DNA of 64,000 nucleotides, from positions 159,095-223,094 of the forward strand of contig JBOEGD010000004.1 in assembly GCA_050633245.1 (NCBI GenBank), in the 5' to 3' direction. This DNA comes from Calditrichia bacterium (GTDB lineage Bacteria > Calditrichota > Calditrichia > RBG-13-44-9 > J075). Position numbers and translations under genes: made by a program. Under the pieces are notes generated by a model, which saw only the letters and a program-made list of their open reading frames with translations, was not told the DNA's origin and searched no databases. Positions 10,818 through 20,913 of the stretch are shown one piece after another (position 1 is the stretch's first letter; each line of letters begins with the position of its first letter).

Positions 10818-12104
10818 ATGCGCGTCGCGTTCTACACATTTGGCTGTCGGCTGAACCAATCTGAAACAGCAGCTATTGAACAGGGCTTTATTAAAGACGG
10901 GCATGATATTGTAGACTATCGCGAATCTCCTGATGTTGTGGTGGTGAATACCTGCACCGTTACCGAAAACGGTGATGCCGATACCCGTCGATTAACCAAT
11001 AAAATTTCAAAGAAACATCCCAATGCCCGCATTGCGTTGGTAGGTTGCCAAGCGCAGGTGCAAAAGGAGCAATTGCTAAAGCTGCCAAATGTCCAATGGG
11101 TTGTCGGTAATGCGCGCAAGATGGATATGCACCAAATTGTTAGCGATTCGAAAAATGCTGAACCACAGCTTATTACGCCGACAATACGTAAGCAATCATT
11201 TACTATTCCCTTCGTTGGCTACGACAGTCGTCACACCCGTGCCAATTTAAAGGTGCAGGATGGCTGTGACTTCTTCTGCTCCTTTTGCGAAATTCCCTAT
11301 GCTCGAGGGCGAGCGCGCAGTCGCGAATTTGATGATATTCTGATAGAAGCAAATGCCCTAACGGCTGCCGGACATCATGAACTGATACTCACCGGAATAA
11401 ACATTGGTACGTATGACTACGAAGGCAAAACTTTGGTTGATGTGTTGGATGCCCTCGAGGTGATTGATGACCTTTGGCGAATTCGGATTTCTTCAATCGA
11501 GCCGACAACTATTCCAGATGCGATTATTGAACGAATGGTCGGAGACAGCAAGTTATGTCGCTATCTACACGTTCCGCTTCAAGCCGGAACCGATGAAATC
11601 CTTTCTGCTATGCGTCGAATTTACACGGTTGAAGCGTTTTGCCAGTTTATTGATACTGTTTACAGGGCTGTGCCCGATGTCTGTCTTGGAACGGACGTCA
11701 TTGTTGGATTTCCCGGTGAAACCGATGAGCTCTTTGAACAGACCTATCAGCTTTTACTGGATCTTCCACTTGCTTATTTTCATGTCTTCTCTTATTCCGA
11801 ACGAGATCATGCTCGCAGTAGTAAGATGAATCCGGCGCTGCGAATCGATCGAAAGAAAATTGCCGAGCGTAGTAAGCGGCTGCGTGAACTCAGTGATCGT
11901 AAAAGGCGTGTATATAACCAGCAGTTTATCGGGAAAGAAGCACATGTTCTATTCGAATCTAAAAAGAATGGCTGGTGGAACGGCGTAACCGATACGTACG
12001 TTCGCGTAAAAGTTGAATCTCAAATTGATCTCAAAAATCAATTATTACCTGTATCGTTGGAAATTGAAGATAGGCAGAGTCTTACTGGCAGCCTCATCCT
12101 TTAA
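10818..12104 (+). CDS. mtaB: tRNA t6A37 methylthiotransferase
   Basis: TFGCRLNQSE, NTCTVT, radical-SAM GCDFFCSFC, RIRISSIEP, C-terminal TRAM domain. Confidence 0.92.
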   Translation: MRVAFYTFGCRLNQSETAAIEQGFIKDGHDIVDYRESPDVVVVNTCTVTENGDADTRRLTNKISKKHPNARIALVGCQAQVQKEQLLKLPNVQWVVGNARKMDMHQIVSDSKNAEPQLITPTIRKQSFTIPFVGYDSRHTRANLKVQDGCDFFCSFCEIPYARGRARSREFDDILIEANALTAAGHHELILTGINIGTYDYEGKTLVDVLDALEVIDDLWRIRISSIEPTTIPDAIIERMVGDSKLCRYLHVPLQAGTDEILSAMRRIYTVEAFCQFIDTVYRAVPDVCLGTDVIVGFPGETDELFEQTYQLLLDLPLAYFHVFSYSERDHARSSKMNPALRIDRKKIAERSKRLRELSDRKRRVYNQQFIGKEAHVLFESKKNGWWNGVTDTYVRVKVESQIDLKNQLLPVSLEIEDRQSLTGSLIL

Positions 12105-12203
12105 TTCTTGTTTGCATCTTTTATTGCTAGGCCCCTCTGGTGTCCTGACAGATACCAAATCAGAGTGTTGAGTTGGAGAAATTGACTACCGAAAGGCATA
12201 CGA

Positions 12204-15200
12204 ATGGCAGTAAGCAAACGTGCTTCCAAAAGTAAAGCTGCATCCTCGAAGACTACCAAGCGCAAGACAAAACCCAGCATAGCAGCTACGGAAATAGCAG
12301 ACGTTCCTTATTTGTCTCAGCCTGCCCTCAGTAGCGATGGTCGTTTGCTTTGCTTCACTTACTCCTCAGATATTTGGCTGGTTGAAACCAACGGTGGCCA
12401 GGCTCGGCAGATAACCAGCAATATCCAGCGTGATGCCATGGCATCTTTTTCGCCAGACGATAAACAAATTGCCTTTATTTCTCAGCGAAGCGGCTCCCAA
12501 AATATATACATTGCGGAGATAGGCTCCAGCCAATTGCCGAGACGATTGACTTATCATACTGCATCCGGAGGACCACTTTCCTGGAGCCGTAATGGAAAGT
12601 GGATTTACTTTGGATCAAATCTTGACCGTCAGTCGCGCGGCATCTATAAAATATCCTCTGCCGGCTCCACACCTATTCGGCTTATTGCCGATCCACAAGA
12701 AGGCTACAGCGATCAGGCTATTTCTCCGGATGGAAAGAAACTAATTTTTCACAGCGACGGTGATGCCTGGTGGCGCTGTGGACCTAACCCGGCGATGGCA
12801 TCACATCTTTGGCTACTGGATGAACCATCCGGGAAGATTGAGAAAAAACTCACCTCTTATGAGGGCGTGAATATCCGACCGATGTGGGAGCGAAATGGAA
12901 AAGGTCTATATTTTCTCTCAGATCGCAGTGGACGTGAAAATATCTGGTATATGACGGTTAATGGAGATGCCCGGGCTCGCCAGATTACCCATTTCATTGA
13001 TGGACGCGTAATACGCCCGTCTATTTCCCGCGACGGCAAGTGGATTGTCTTTGAGCGTGACTTTCAAATTTGGTTGCTGAATGTCGCTGAAGGCAGTAGC
13101 AGACCTATAGACATTATCTTGCAGGCAGATGAAAAAATAAACTCGCGACGCACTCATTTTATTCCCGGCTCTATCGGTGGCTTGCGACTTTCCGGGGATA
13201 ATAAAAAAGTAGCTTTTACGGCATTTGGACAAATATTCGCTGATTTAGCGGAAAAAGGTGCGAGTGTAGATAAAAAGGGGGAAGCGTTTCGGGTTTCAAA
13301 GACAGAAGCACGGCACCGCCAAATATTTTGGCATCCTAATAACAAGCAAATCGTTTATATCTCTGACCACGATGGCCATGACGAAGTTTATCGATACGAC
13401 TTTGAAAAGCGCGAAGAGACGCGCCTGACCAATAGTGTTGAAGATAAGTATACGCCGAAGTATTCACCCGATGGTAAATGGCTTGCTTACGGCAGCGGTA
13501 AAAAAGACATTTATCTGATGAACACCTCAAGTGGTAAGCACAACCGCTTTGTTAAAAATCAGCGTTTCCTAAGAGTTGTTATACCGACGGAATTCCACTG
13601 GTCTCCCGATAGCAAGTGGCTTGCATTTACAGCCTCAAACGCTGATGCCTTTGAAAATATTTATCTGCAAAAAATCCGCACTCGGAAATCGCGACAGTTA
13701 ACCTTTCTGAATAATCTCCACTCACGCTGTGTTCAGTGGGCGCCAAACGGTAAATTCCTGATCTTCGTAACCGGGCATTATCGAAGTGAAGGTCAGATCG
13801 TGCGTGTCAACCTGAAACCCATCCCTCCGCGTTTTTATGAGGAAGATTTCGATAAGCTGTTTGCCAGTGAAGAGGCTAAGACTGAAAAGAAGCAAGATGC
13901 CGCCAAGAATGAAAAGAAACCCGTTGCAAAAGAAGCTGAGCAGGTTGACATACAGTTCAGCGGAATCAAGCGTCGCGTGCAGTATCTTTCTAAGCCGTCA
14001 CATTACGCCATTCCGCTTGCCATTCGGCCGGATAGCAAGATGTTGATCTTTCATGCTCGTCTTTCCTATGAACCATATCTGTGGTCGATGTCTTTGGAAG
14101 AAGATAAGCGTGGCGATGCACCAAGAGCGATTCTGAAAGCACGTGACTATAGTGGTGGACTGGTTTGGTCTGCTGATGGCAAAAAGGTCTTCTTCTTGCG
14201 AAGAGGCATTATCAATACGTTTGGTCTAAATGATGATGGTTCTCCAAAAGGAACACCTAAAGAGGTCCCCGTAAAAGGAGAAGTTGAACTTGATTATCAG
14301 CGTTTAAAACTTCAGGCGTTTGATGAGGGCTGGCGGATGCTCCGCGATTATTTTTATGATCCCGATTTTCATGGATGTGATTGGAATGCCATGTACTCGC
14401 GTTTTCTGCCTGCTGTTAAGGGGGCACGAACCCGCAGAGACTTTCACGATATTCTCAATATGATGGTCGGTGAATTAAATGCGTCCCACCTCGGTGCCAG
14501 TGGAAGAGGCTTCGGTCAACGCAATATTGACAGTTTTATTGGTCTCGATTTCGAACGAACGCCTCTTGAGAAGAAGGGACAGTTTAAGATTAAACATGTT
14601 GTCGCAGACTCGCCGGTGACGCATGCAGAAAAACCACCGCAAAAAGGTGAATTCCTGCTGGCCATCGATGGGCGAAAGGTTGATGGCCGAACCGAAAACC
14701 TGATCGAAAACCTTCAGAAACGCGACGGGAAACGAGTCACCCTTTTAGTCAATTCCTCCCCACGTAAGAAAGGGGCACGCGAAATAAAAGTGCAGCCGGT
14801 TCGTTCTTATCGTCTCGCGAATCTGCGCTATCGCGAGTGGGTAATGACGAACGCTGACTATGTCTCGAAGAAAAGCAAAAACCGGCTGGGTTACGTGCAT
14901 ATTCCAGTTATGTCGCACAATGCTTTTATGAACTTAATTGCAGACCTGGATGCCGAAGCATATGAGCGTGAAGGTGTTATTCTCGACGTGCGCTTTAATG
15001 GCGGTGGGCATATTGCATCGTTCATACTCGATTTCCTTTCGAGGAAGCAGTACGCCTATTCAGGTTATCGCAATGTTGTTCGCACCAGTGATGCCAATTT
15101 TGCAGGTGATCGAATCTTGAACAAACCGATAATCCTTGTTACTAATGAGCACTCCTACAGCAATGCAGAAATGTTTAGCGAAGGATTTCGACGCCTCGGC

Positions 15201-15452
15201 CTTGGCAAAATAGTTGGTCGTCCGACCGCCGGGGCAGTTATATGGACATTTGGCGTGCGGTTAAGTGATGGCACTTCATTCCGCATCCCTCGCGGCTATG
15301 TTCACACGATGGATGGCGAAAACATTGAACTTGTTGGTAGGCCAGTAGACGTTTTTGCCGATCGACCACCGGGCGAGTCCGATCGTGGTATCGATAGCCA
15401 GTTGGATGTCGCAGTTGCCGAGCTATTAAGGGATATCGACGCTAAAACGTAG
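12204..15452 (+). CDS. Tricorn-like S41 protease
   Basis: PD40/TolB propeller repeats, GELNASHLG, PDZ domain, DVRFNGGG, catalytic SYSNAEMF, GKIVGRPTAG. Confidence 0.9.
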   Translation: MAVSKRASKSKAASSKTTKRKTKPSIAATEIADVPYLSQPALSSDGRLLCFTYSSDIWLVETNGGQARQITSNIQRDAMASFSPDDKQIAFISQRSGSQNIYIAEIGSSQLPRRLTYHTASGGPLSWSRNGKWIYFGSNLDRQSRGIYKISSAGSTPIRLIADPQEGYSDQAISPDGKKLIFHSDGDAWWRCGPNPAMASHLWLLDEPSGKIEKKLTSYEGVNIRPMWERNGKGLYFLSDRSGRENIWYMTVNGDARARQITHFIDGRVIRPSISRDGKWIVFERDFQIWLLNVAEGSSRPIDIILQADEKINSRRTHFIPGSIGGLRLSGDNKKVAFTAFGQIFADLAEKGASVDKKGEAFRVSKTEARHRQIFWHPNNKQIVYISDHDGHDEVYRYDFEKREETRLTNSVEDKYTPKYSPDGKWLAYGSGKKDIYLMNTSSGKHNRFVKNQRFLRVVIPTEFHWSPDSKWLAFTASNADAFENIYLQKIRTRKSRQLTFLNNLHSRCVQWAPNGKFLIFVTGHYRSEGQIVRVNLKPIPPRFYEEDFDKLFASEEAKTEKKQDAAKNEKKPVAKEAEQVDIQFSGIKRRVQYLSKPSHYAIPLAIRPDSKMLIFHARLSYEPYLWSMSLEEDKRGDAPRAILKARDYSGGLVWSADGKKVFFLRRGIINTFGLNDDGSPKGTPKEVPVKGEVELDYQRLKLQAFDEGWRMLRDYFYDPDFHGCDWNAMYSRFLPAVKGARTRRDFHDILNMMVGELNASHLGASGRGFGQRNIDSFIGLDFERTPLEKKGQFKIKHVVADSPVTHAEKPPQKGEFLLAIDGRKVDGRTENLIENLQKRDGKRVTLLVNSSPRKKGAREIKVQPVRSYRLANLRYREWVMTNADYVSKKSKNRLGYVHIPVMSHNAFMNLIADLDAEAYEREGVILDVRFNGGGHIASFILDFLSRKQYAYSGYRNVVRTSDANFAGDRILNKPIILVTNEHSYSNAEMFSEGFRRLGLGKIVGRPTAGAVIWTFGVRLSDGTSFRIPRGYVHTMDGENIELVGRPVDVFADRPPGESDRGIDSQLDVAVAELLRDIDAKT

Positions 15453-15553
15453 CTTGCAGCATAATGGCGCCAGAGTGTCTAAGCGTGTCGTTTCGCTGTT
15501 AGCCCGGCAGTCTCCTCAAATTTTATCTTGTTATACTCTCCTTAAGGAGAGAT

Positions 15554-18538
15554 ATGCATGTTGAATTTGGAGGAGTAATGAACAATCAAAACATATATCG
15601 ACGTCTACTGTGCATGTGTCTGATAATAAGCAGCAGTATCTGCGCACAGGAAATAACGTTCAACGTCGATTCCCTTCTTTTCGGAGAAGTCCGTCTTAGC
15701 GACTCGCTAAACCGCACATTCCGTATTACCAACACCGGCTCAGCCATCTTAAACGTAGACACCGTGCTGGTTTCCGGGTCGGACGCTGCTGAGTTTACCG
15801 CCTTATCGGCAACCGGTCCATTCGTGCTGCCCTCAAATGGACGTCGAAACTTTAATTTTCAACTTAACGGCCAGTCTATTGGTATTAAAGATGCGCAGAT
15901 TGAGATTTTTGGCAATCAGCTCGGCGCGAATCCCGCCGTTCTTCATATTCAGGCAGAGGTTATTCCGATCCCGCCACCGGATATCTCCTCCAATGTGTTA
16001 GCAATCAATTATGGCACGCTTCAACTCGGTGACACACTGACTCGATTTGTTCGTTTGCAGAATGTAGGTCAGAGTAATCTTGATATTGATACTCTGATAT
16101 TAGCCGGCGCCGATACTTCTGAGTTCAGGTTGCTTACCGACCCTTCTCCCTTTACGCTTATTCCATCTGCAAGCCGCCGATTTGGTGTTGAATTCGACCC
16201 GCAAAGCCCGGGCGATAAATTTGCCAGTCTTCCAATTTATAGTAATGATCCCGATGAAAACCCTCTGGTAATAAGCTTCCAGGGATCAGCATTCGATTCA
16301 TCACGTATAGTAGTAGAGCCGGACAGATATGATTTCGGTGGCGTTCTGATAGGCGATAGCCTTGTGCATTCCTTCACTGTGAGAAATGATGGTGGTAAGG
16401 ATTTAGTCGTATCTGACTTTGAGATGCTCTGGTTGCATCGCGATGATTTTCCAATACTAACCACTCCTACACCAGTTACTTTGCCTCCTGACAGCAGCAT
16501 GATGATAGATATTATGTTCAGGCCACTTGAACTGGGAACCCGCGAAGGACAAATGAAGATATATAGCAATGATCCAAGGACGCCTGAATTACAAATCCCG
16601 GTATTCGGGGTTGGGCTGGATAGTATGCCGGAACCGGCAATCGCGATTGATCCGGTAAGCTATGATTTTGGAACTCGGGTTGTTGGAGATACAATGCCTA
16701 CTAATTTTTTGGTTAGGAACATCGGAACGGGAGATTTGACAGTTTCAACGACGGAGTTGGCAGGTATTAATCCAGGTGATTTCAAGGTGTTTAATGGTGT
16801 GGGGCCATATGTGTTAGAACCTAATGACGTACGACTACTGCAAGTTTGGTTTATTCCAAAAGCAGGTGGTCCGCGTAGCGCCGATATGCATATCCTGAGT
16901 GATGCCGTTAATACTGATACCCTGGTTGTCCCGCTATCCGGAACAGGTTTACCGCTGCCAGACATTCGTGTCGAAGACGATACGCTGGATATTGGGCTGG
17001 TCGTAGTTGGAGCCTCCGATAGCGCTGAGCTACAGATTCGCAATGTCGGTACAGCTAACCTGGAAATCAACGGGCTTCTGTTCGATCAGGCCGGCGTGAA
17101 TTACTTCTCAGCTCCCGGGGTTAGTTTGCCGCTCGTTGTGCTTCCAAATGACACCGCATTTGTTCCAGTCGCTCTGGCACCAGACTCTGTTGGCCTCTAT
17201 GAAACTGTGCTAACGGTAGTAAACAACGATTCAGATGATGATTCCGTTCTGGTGCGCGTTCTGGGCGAGGGAGTGACGATACCGGTTCCGGATATTGAAT
17301 TCGATAGAGATACTCTGAAATTCACTGAAACGGTACTTACAACTATTCGGGTAGACAGCGTATATGTGATCAACACTGGTATTGCAGAGCTTTCCGTCAG
17401 TAGCGTTATCTTTTCTGGCATCGATTCGCTGGATTTTGCCCTAACCCAACAGACGCTTCCGTTAACTGTGCCGGCTGGAGACTCCACACTTCTTTACGTT
17501 GATTTTCAGCCGCAGGCGATAGGGGAGAGGTTTGCAGTGCTTCAGCTGTTCTCTAATGACCCTGACGAAAACCCAATCGAGTTGATACTAGCCGGAAGTG
17601 CTGTTGCGATTCCGGTCTCAGATATTGCTGTCGATCCGGACTCCTTGGATTTTGGCATCATCGACTTGGGAGAGTTCACATTCCGAGAACTGTTTGTTCA
17701 CAACAATGGCAGCGCAGATCTTGAAGTAAATTCTTCGAATGTTCAAGGAATAGACTCATCTGATTTCAAGTTAACCTTTGGTGAAGCACCGTTCACGGTA
17801 GAGCCGGGAGACTCTCAACGAATTGACGTGCGTTTCTTACCATTCGATTTTGGAGCAAGAACCGCAAGCTTGAAGTTGATATCAAATGATCCTGATGGAA
17901 GGGAATTGCAAATTCCACTATTTGGTATTTCGCTCGATACCACTCTGATAGACACAATTGCCCCGGTATGTTCCGTCTTTACTACAATTATTGAAGAAGA
18001 ACGGATTCATATTATGGTGCAGGACACCGGCTCCGGGATGAGGACGATCGAGGTATTGAACGCTGTGAACCTTGATGTATCCGTGCCCGCTTTTTTCCCG
18101 GGATCAACCGATACGCTGCTGCTTACGGCAGCAAAGATTTCCGTAGAGGGTTTTGCAAAAATTCGCGTCGCTTTTACCGATAGACGCACTAACACGTCGA
18201 TCTGTGAGGCAACGCTCGATTCAACTACAGACATCGATCCTGAACCAGATGTGCCCGATGAATTTGCACTGGGACAGAATTATCCAAATCCATTTAACCC
18301 CACAACCGAGATTGAGTTTAGCATATTAGACGATGGGCAGCGTGTAACGCTGGTGGTTTATGATATTCTCGGACGACCAATAAAGAAGCTGATCGATGCC
18401 CCGCTGAGTCGTGGTTTTTATACTGCGGAATGGGATGGCCTGGATGGTTTTGGAAATCGCGCTGCAAGTGGAGTGTATGTTTATCGCTTGGCGAACCCTT
18501 CGCAGGAATTGGTGCGCAAGATGCTGCTGGTACGCTAA
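15554..18538 (+). CDS. Surface protein with 7 Ig-like (choice-of-anchor D/ASH-type) repeats and T9SS-type CTD
   Basis: Seven units of the form P.I...DFG...N.G..L...F.P..G..A.L.SNDP; C-terminal QNYPNPFNP...RKMLLVR. Alternative start at 15578. Confidence 0.85.
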   Translation: MHVEFGGVMNNQNIYRRLLCMCLIISSSICAQEITFNVDSLLFGEVRLSDSLNRTFRITNTGSAILNVDTVLVSGSDAAEFTALSATGPFVLPSNGRRNFNFQLNGQSIGIKDAQIEIFGNQLGANPAVLHIQAEVIPIPPPDISSNVLAINYGTLQLGDTLTRFVRLQNVGQSNLDIDTLILAGADTSEFRLLTDPSPFTLIPSASRRFGVEFDPQSPGDKFASLPIYSNDPDENPLVISFQGSAFDSSRIVVEPDRYDFGGVLIGDSLVHSFTVRNDGGKDLVVSDFEMLWLHRDDFPILTTPTPVTLPPDSSMMIDIMFRPLELGTREGQMKIYSNDPRTPELQIPVFGVGLDSMPEPAIAIDPVSYDFGTRVVGDTMPTNFLVRNIGTGDLTVSTTELAGINPGDFKVFNGVGPYVLEPNDVRLLQVWFIPKAGGPRSADMHILSDAVNTDTLVVPLSGTGLPLPDIRVEDDTLDIGLVVVGASDSAELQIRNVGTANLEINGLLFDQAGVNYFSAPGVSLPLVVLPNDTAFVPVALAPDSVGLYETVLTVVNNDSDDDSVLVRVLGEGVTIPVPDIEFDRDTLKFTETVLTTIRVDSVYVINTGIAELSVSSVIFSGIDSLDFALTQQTLPLTVPAGDSTLLYVDFQPQAIGERFAVLQLFSNDPDENPIELILAGSAVAIPVSDIAVDPDSLDFGIIDLGEFTFRELFVHNNGSADLEVNSSNVQGIDSSDFKLTFGEAPFTVEPGDSQRIDVRFLPFDFGARTASLKLISNDPDGRELQIPLFGISLDTTLIDTIAPVCSVFTTIIEEERIHIMVQDTGSGMRTIEVLNAVNLDVSVPAFFPGSTDTLLLTAAKISVEGFAKIRVAFTDRRTNTSICEATLDSTTDIDPEPDVPDEFALGQNYPNPFNPTTEIEFSILDDGQRVTLVVYDILGRPIKKLIDAPLSRGFYTAEWDGLDGFGNRAASGVYVYRLANPSQELVRKMLLVR

Positions 18539-18543
18539 AAAAA

Positions 18544-18569
18544 TGCCCGGCGGATAAACCTGCCGGGCA
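18544..18569. terminator. Hairpin between convergent genes
   Basis: TGCCCGGCGG-ATAAA-CCTGCCGGGCA with an A-run on the left (U-tail for the minus strand). Confidence 0.7.
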
Positions 18570-18623
18570 AGAAAAGTATGGATGTGCTCAGTGGATTTAT
18601 CCGCTGAGAATCAAATGCGTGTG

Positions 18624-20078
18624 CTAGCGTACGCCACCTTGCATTTTACTGATGGCTTTTGTGAACAGTAAGAAAATTGTTCCGGCAATTATTCCGGTTA
18701 ATGCAACGTTCGTAAAAAGCTGATCTAAAGGCAGGTTATCGAATTGTCCACCGATAAGACCGGCAAACAGATTTCCGAGTGCCGCGCCAAGAAACCAGAT
18801 ACCCATTGCCTGTCCGGCCAGTGGTTTTGGTGATAACTTGGTCACCGAGCTTAGCCCAACCGGACTAAGACAGAGTTCTCCGACCGTATGAAAGAAGTAT
18901 GTAGCTATTAGCCAGCCCATTCCAACCTTTGCACCATCGACAGTATACTGTGAAGCCCATGCCATTACCAGAAACCCGACGGCAAGCAGAAGCAAACCAA
19001 GACCGAACTTGGTGGCAATATTAGGCTCTTGGCTTCTGTTGCTGAGCCAGACCCATAGTGAACCGAATATCGGAGCAAATATAATTATAAAAAGGGCGTT
19101 TACAGACTGTAGCCACCCAGCGGGAACAAGGAAGCTTCCCATCATTCGTTCTGTCATGTCATTTGCGAATAAATTTAAAGAAGAACCAGCCTGCTCAAAG
19201 CCGGACCAAAAAACGGCTGCGCCAATGAACAATAAGAAAACTACACCCAAACGTTTTTTCTCTGCTGCATCCCATTGAGTAGAAGCCCATTGTGCAAGAA
19301 ACCAAAGAATACCCAGTGCAAGACCAAAGTAACCGATGTATTCGGCGATCTTGGTTAGATCCCATCCGGCAGTCTGATGCAGAACTGCAAAGATGCCACC
19401 GATGGCTACAAGTGCAATTACACCAAATGCGAGCTGACGCATAAGTGCCGAACGAAGTTCACCGGTCGGTGGTTCAATTTCGCCTGCGCCTTCAAGATGT
19501 TTCATACCTCTTCTGTATTGGACAAGACCAGCTACCATTCCCACACCGGCTGCACCAAAGCCCCAGTGCCAGCCAAAGCTCGGATTCTCGCCCAGATAAC
19601 TTACGATGATTGGCCCAAGAAAGGCACCAAGGTTAATTCCCATATAGAAAATCGAGAAGCCGGCGTCGCGTCGCGCGCCACCTTCTGGATAGATGTCACC
19701 AACAATTGCCGATACGTTTGGCTTTAGCAGGCCGGTTCCGACAACGATTAGCATAAGTCCCAAATAAAATGTTGCCTGCATTGGGACGGCCATGCTGAAG
19801 TGGCCCAGGGCGATGATGATACCGCCATAATAAACCGCCATTTTTTGGCCAATGAGCTTATCGGCAATCCAACCACCCGGTAATGCAAGAAGGTAAACAA
19901 GCGCTGTATACATCCCGTAAATTGCACCAGACAGTTCAGTTGTTAAACCGAACCCACCAGTGCTTACTTCAGCGGTAAGAAATAAAATCAATATGGCGCG
20001 CATTCCATAGTAGCTGAAGCGTTCCCACATTTCGGTAAAGAAAAGAACGGGTAAGCCCCGAGGCTGATCCTTGAACAT
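18624..20078 (-). CDS. POT/PTR family di-/tripeptide:H+ symporter (MFS)
   Basis: EMWERFSYYGMRA, GGWIADK, FSIFYMGINLG, GELCLSPVG motifs; probable start at ATG 20078. Confidence 0.93.
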   Translation of the reverse strand: MFKDQPRGLPVLFFTEMWERFSYYGMRAILILFLTAEVSTGGFGLTTELSGAIYGMYTALVYLLALPGGWIADKLIGQKMAVYYGGIIIALGHFSMAVPMQATFYLGLMLIVVGTGLLKPNVSAIVGDIYPEGGARRDAGFSIFYMGINLGAFLGPIIVSYLGENPSFGWHWGFGAAGVGMVAGLVQYRRGMKHLEGAGEIEPPTGELRSALMRQLAFGVIALVAIGGIFAVLHQTAGWDLTKIAEYIGYFGLALGILWFLAQWASTQWDAAEKKRLGVVFLLFIGAAVFWSGFEQAGSSLNLFANDMTERMMGSFLVPAGWLQSVNALFIIIFAPIFGSLWVWLSNRSQEPNIATKFGLGLLLLAVGFLVMAWASQYTVDGAKVGMGWLIATYFFHTVGELCLSPVGLSSVTKLSPKPLAGQAMGIWFLGAALGNLFAGLIGGQFDNLPLDQLFTNVALTGIIAGTIFLLFTKAISKMQGGVR

Positions 20079-20381
20079 ACGTGTGATCTCCCAGAAAAAG
20101 TTGAATGGAAATATTCCGATTAGATTTGCCAAATGTTATTGCAGGATAGTGCTATTCGAGGTTATGTTGATTAGCAATAATCCCTTTGGCGTTCAGCCCC
20201 CTCATGCAATAATTAACACCGAAGCAGAACGCATGTTCCATTCTATCTGTTGATAGTAGTCGTAAAAGAACAACCGAATGTAAGGAAAACCAGCAACTAA
20301 ACCAAAAATAAATAGGTGGGTAGGGCAGTTGTAAATGTTGGCCTATCTACCAGTTAAGCAAGCGAGATATGGAGGGCATGT

Positions 20382-20816
20382 ATGTTCTATGAAAGAATAC
20401 GAGACGGGTATAAAGTTGTTACTGATCTTCAGAGCCATAATCTTGATGTAATCCACGGCTATTTAAGCCGCTCTTATTGGGCAAGTGGTGTACCGCGCGA
20501 TCTTGTGGAAAAAGCGATAAAGCACTCATTGTGTTTTAGTTTGTACAAAAACGAAGAACAAATAGGCTTTGGCAGAGTGATTACAGATTATACGTCCATT
20601 GGTTATCTGGCGGATGTGTTTATTTTAGAAGGTTATCAGGGCAGGGGATTGGGTAAGTTCTTGGTGCAGTCTATTCTGGATCATCCGGAATTACAGACGC
20701 TACGCAGATTTATTCTGGTCACAGCTGATGCGCATGAACTCTATCGTAAGTTTGGCTTTGACAGCCCGGAAAAACCTGAAATGTATATGGATATGTGTCC
20801 GGCGAGGACATGGTAA
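20382..20816 (+). CDS. GNAT N-acetyltransferase
   Basis: YLADVFILEGYQGRGLGK, DAHELYRKFGF. Confidence 0.9.
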   Translation: MFYERIRDGYKVVTDLQSHNLDVIHGYLSRSYWASGVPRDLVEKAIKHSLCFSLYKNEEQIGFGRVITDYTSIGYLADVFILEGYQGRGLGKFLVQSILDHPELQTLRRFILVTADAHELYRKFGFDSPEKPEMYMDMCPARTW

Positions 20817-20821
20817 TGCCA

Positions 20822-20878
20822 GGTCGCTCATTTCATTCGCTGGTAGGTGGTTGGTCGCTCATTTCATTCGCTGGTAGG
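20822..20878. repeat. Direct repeat, 26-nt identical unit, 31-nt period
   Basis: GGTCGCTCATTTCATTCGCTGGTAGG at 20822-20847 and 20853-20878. Confidence 0.95.
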
Positions 20879-20913
20879 GAATAACGAACGGATACTGCCT
20901 ACTGCCTGTCCAC

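Noticed and set aside
20822-20878. Possible mini-CRISPR array
   Set aside because: Only two repeats with a 5-nt spacer and no cas genes; kept as a short direct repeat.
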